Shown: one piece after another, positions 61,121 through 64,000 of the stretch
Position numbering within the stretch: the stretch's first letter is position 1
Layout: each line of letters opens with the position of its first letter
Assembly: GCA_963932905.1 (NCBI GenBank)
Contig: CAWVRN010000001.1
Coordinates: 160,001 to 224,000 of the forward strand
Source of the DNA: an uncultured Bdellovibrio sp.
GTDB taxonomy: Bacteria > Bdellovibrionota > Bdellovibrionia > Bdellovibrionales > Bdellovibrionaceae
Direction: 5' to 3'
Length of the DNA: 64,000 nucleotides
Notes under the pieces: generated by a model
What the model saw: the letters and a program-made list of their open reading frames with translations, nothing else
What the model was told of the DNA's origin: nothing
The model's database searches: none
Program-made: the position numbers and the translations under genes

Positions 61121-63487
61121 ATGCAGGCCTTATTCAAAAAATTTCAAAAAGACATCAAAGCTATCCTATTCATCGGTATCGCGGTTTTCATAGCCATGGC
61201 GTTATTCAGTTACTCGCCAAAAGATCCGTCGTTCAACTCTATGGGTAGTAAGCTAAGCCCAACAAACTACTGTGGCTGGCTGGGTTCATTTCTGGCTGAT
61301 TTATTCTATCAAGGTTTGGGGATTAGTTCATGGCTTATATCGTTTGCTTTCCTTAGGCTTGGAATCGGCACCCTGCGCGGTCAAGATGTTCGCCTGCGTA
61401 GTTTAAGTATCGTGTGGTTAACTCTGTTGATTGTGAATGTATCAGCACTGACTGCATTTTATTTTCCTCAGGCGCGCTTGTTTAACCATGAAATCTTTTT
61501 ATCGGGAATTATTGGGCTATCGGTTTCAAATGTTTTGTACAAACTTCTTAATTTTGCCGGCTTGCAGATCTTTTTATGGAGTAATCTGATTATCCTAGTG
61601 CTTTTCTACACAGAGAAAAGCCTTCAGCAATGGGGTGTTCTAGCGAAAAACCACACAAGCTTACTGGCCGCAGGTTTTATTGTGGTTAAAAAGTGGCTGG
61701 CATCCATGGCACCAGCTGCCGAGCCAAAAAATAAAGAGAAAAAAGCCAAAGCAGAAAAAGAAGCTAAGGCCAAAGACACAGTGGGCGCTGAATCTGACAA
61801 TTTAAGAGATTGGAATAATAAGGCTGAAGAGATCTCGAAGCTAACTCAACTGAATTTCTTTGATGAAGAGCCAGACACTGAAGAAGCCGTATTAGCACCT
61901 AAAGAGGACATAGACCGCATACCAAAACGAAAAGTGATTATGAAGGCGAAACCACCCAAAAAGATTGAAAACTGGGATATGCCGAAACTAAGCCTTCTAG
62001 AAGACCCGCCATTAACGCGTGTTAAGTTAGACGAGAAAGAGATTCGCAAAAAAGCCGAGATTTTAACTGATAAATTAAAGAATTTCTCTATTGAGGGTGT
62101 AATTACAGATGCTAAACCAGGGCCATTGGTAACAATGTTTGAATTCAAACCCAATGCGGATGTTAAGCTCAGCAAGATTACAGAACTGCAAGACGATTTA
62201 TCCCTAGCTCTATCTAGCGAATCGCTGCGTGTGATTGCACCAATCCCTGGGCGCGATGTGGTCGGTATTGAAACGTCTAATTCGCGACGTGAAACAGTAT
62301 ATTACAAAGACCTTCTGGCGGAAGACGCCTTCTGGAGTGATGAACTAAAACTCCCGATTGCCCTAGGTAGACAGGTGAACGGCGATGCAAAGATCGTAGA
62401 TTTAAGAAAAATGCCTCATTTAATGGTGGCGGGTACAACCGGTTCTGGTAAGTCGGTTTTAATTACGTCTATTATTAGTGGCCTCTTGTTCCGTCACTCT
62501 CCTAAAACACTTCGTCTGATTTTGGTGGATCCAAAACAAGTGGATTTGGCAGCGTTCTCTAAAGTGCCACATTTAATTATGCCACCAGTAACAGATCCTA
62601 AGAAGGCCGTTTCAGCATTGAAATGGGCTATTAGAGAGATGGAAAAGCGCTATAAATCCATGAGTAAATTCGGGGCTCGCGGTCTGGAGAGTTATAATGA
62701 AACGGTAGCTAATTTACCGGCAGACAAAATTGCGGAACACGAAAAAATAAATCAAGAATACGAAACTCAAGGCGTGATGAAGCTTGAGCAGTACTACTAT
62801 CAGCCACTTCCCTATATCGTTGTTGTAGTAGAAGAGTTTGGTGATTTGATGGCCGTGGACAAACAAAATGTTGAACACGGAGTAGTTCGTTTAGCGCAAA
62901 TGGCGCGTGCGTGCGGTATTCACTTGATTTTAGCAATGCAGTCGCCTCGTAAAGAAGTCGTTACTGGCCTTATCAAAACAAATATTCCAGGTCGCGTTGG
63001 CCTAAAAGTGGCTTCAAAAATGGATTCCAGAATTATCTTGGATGAGGGCGGGGCTGAACGTTTACTGCCAAATGGAGACATGCTGTTCTTGGCTCCGGGT
63101 GTATCGAAACCGATGCGCCATCATGGACCTTATTTAAGTGAAAAGGAAATCAATGGCCTGGCGGCCCACTGGTCAATGCAAGCAGAACCTGAGTTTGATC
63201 CCATTGCAGTCAAGGCGCTAGAGGGCGGATTTTCTGAGGGTGGTGGCGGCGGAGCTGGCGGTGATGAATATGGCGGCGGCGATGAGGACTATGACGAAAT
63301 GTATGATCAGATCCTAGCGTGGGCGGCGGAACAAAAAGAAGTCAGTGCGTCTTTGATTCAGCGACGATTCCGTTTAGGCTACCCGCGCGCAGCCCGTATA
63401 ATTGAAACCTTTGAACGCGAAGGCGTAGTTGGTCCGGCTAATGGCAGCAAGCCACGATCGGTACTGATTCACGCGATGCCAGAATAA
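61121..63487 (+). CDS. ftsK: DNA translocase FtsK
   Basis: N-terminal 4TM domain (SYSPKDPS, N.CGWLG), alpha domain GP.VT.FE, PHLMVAGTTGSGKS, gamma domain SASLIQRRFRLGYPRAAR. Confidence 0.97.
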   Translation: MQALFKKFQKDIKAILFIGIAVFIAMALFSYSPKDPSFNSMGSKLSPTNYCGWLGSFLADLFYQGLGISSWLISFAFLRLGIGTLRGQDVRLRSLSIVWLTLLIVNVSALTAFYFPQARLFNHEIFLSGIIGLSVSNVLYKLLNFAGLQIFLWSNLIILVLFYTEKSLQQWGVLAKNHTSLLAAGFIVVKKWLASMAPAAEPKNKEKKAKAEKEAKAKDTVGAESDNLRDWNNKAEEISKLTQLNFFDEEPDTEEAVLAPKEDIDRIPKRKVIMKAKPPKKIENWDMPKLSLLEDPPLTRVKLDEKEIRKKAEILTDKLKNFSIEGVITDAKPGPLVTMFEFKPNADVKLSKITELQDDLSLALSSESLRVIAPIPGRDVVGIETSNSRRETVYYKDLLAEDAFWSDELKLPIALGRQVNGDAKIVDLRKMPHLMVAGTTGSGKSVLITSIISGLLFRHSPKTLRLILVDPKQVDLAAFSKVPHLIMPPVTDPKKAVSALKWAIREMEKRYKSMSKFGARGLESYNETVANLPADKIAEHEKINQEYETQGVMKLEQYYYQPLPYIVVVVEEFGDLMAVDKQNVEHGVVRLAQMARACGIHLILAMQSPRKEVVTGLIKTNIPGRVGLKVASKMDSRIILDEGGAERLLPNGDMLFLAPGVSKPMRHHGPYLSEKEINGLAAHWSMQAEPEFDPIAVKALEGGFSEGGGGGAGGDEYGGGDEDYDEMYDQILAWAAEQKEVSASLIQRRFRLGYPRAARIIETFEREGVVGPANGSKPRSVLIHAMPE

Positions 63488-64000
63488 TGAAACGTTGTTT
63501 TGTTTTTCTTTTAGCAGCTAGCTTTATCGCCGGGTTCTCGCTCGCTGCTGGCACCAGTAAATCAGCTGCAAAGAAAGAAGACTCGGCAGCACAGTCCCGA
63601 GAAATTATAGAAATTGCGCAAAATCTTGTTCTGCAAAAAGACCGTGATCAAGCTATTCGCCTTCTCAACAAAGCACTTTTAACCGAGAAAAACAAAACAG
63701 TAGTTACGGAAATTCGATCGATTTTAAAGGACATCGGTAGCTTGTTTCTATTTGATAAATCACAGCAAGAATATGAGTCGAGTATTAGCTTTAAAAAAAC
63801 AGAGCCTAGTAAATGGCTCGCGTCAGTAGAGCGTGCCCAAAAGATTGAACCCGACAATACCTTGATTATGTTGGAACTGATTCGCAATCAGGTCGGTAAA
63901 AAGAATTTAGGTAAAGCTAAAGAGATACTAGAGGAGTTTCGCGTTAAAAATGCATTTGATAAAAACGTTATTTTAGCCGGAGTGTTTTTGGGTGTGGCTA
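63487..64000 (+). CDS. Exported TPR-like hypothetical protein (truncated by the window end)
   Basis: Not in the ORF track; ATG overlaps the ftsK stop; MKRCFVFLLAASFIAGFSLA signal, then helical repeats (AQKIEPDN). Confidence 0.75.
   Translation, partial: MKRCFVFLLAASFIAGFSLAAGTSKSAAKKEDSAAQSREIIEIAQNLVLQKDRDQAIRLLNKALLTEKNKTVVTEIRSILKDIGSLFLFDKSQQEYESSISFKKTEPSKWLASVERAQKIEPDNTLIMLELIRNQVGKKNLGKAKEILEEFRVKNAFDKNVILAGVFLGVA

Overview
This window is the chromosomal replication-origin region of a Bdellovibrionota-like (predatory) bacterium. The assignment is inferred from the protein sequences and gene order, which resemble the Bdellovibrio origin region. Left of the origin, mostly on the minus strand: nuoA-nuoH (nuoH truncated by the window edge), mfd (+), a small accessory block (a 715-aa Cys-rich exported protein with a PsbP/DcrB-like partner, a beta-barrel with an acidic tail, an exported GH3 NagZ), the F1/stator half of the ATP synthase genes, bactofilin-parB-parA, three parS sites, and rsmG-mnmG-mnmE-jag-yidC-yidD-rnpA-rpmH. 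The origin lies between dnaA and dnaN and shows DnaA boxes, five DnaA-trios and an AT-rich unwinding element. Right of the origin: dnaN-recF-gyrB-gyrA, a TPR lipoprotein, the F0 half of ATP synthase, PMM/PGM, pdxA, three parvulin PPIases, etfAB, sdhCAB, an S8 protease, a sigma28-driven Ig-domain lipoprotein, an alpha/beta hydrolase, an FHA protein, rpsF-DUF2232-rplI (no rpsR), dnaB, fis, queE, ftsK and a truncated TPR protein. I saw no rRNA, tRNA, CRISPR array, transposase or integrase. The window is mostly core housekeeping. The best novelty candidates are the exported effector/partner-like pair at 5057-7733, a lipoprotein gene bracketed exactly by parS sites, an FtsK with non-canonical ATPase motifs, an S6:S18 leader on an operon lacking rpsR, and sigma28/CsrA-type control of small unknown genes. 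All family calls come from motif recognition by eye; no database searches were run.
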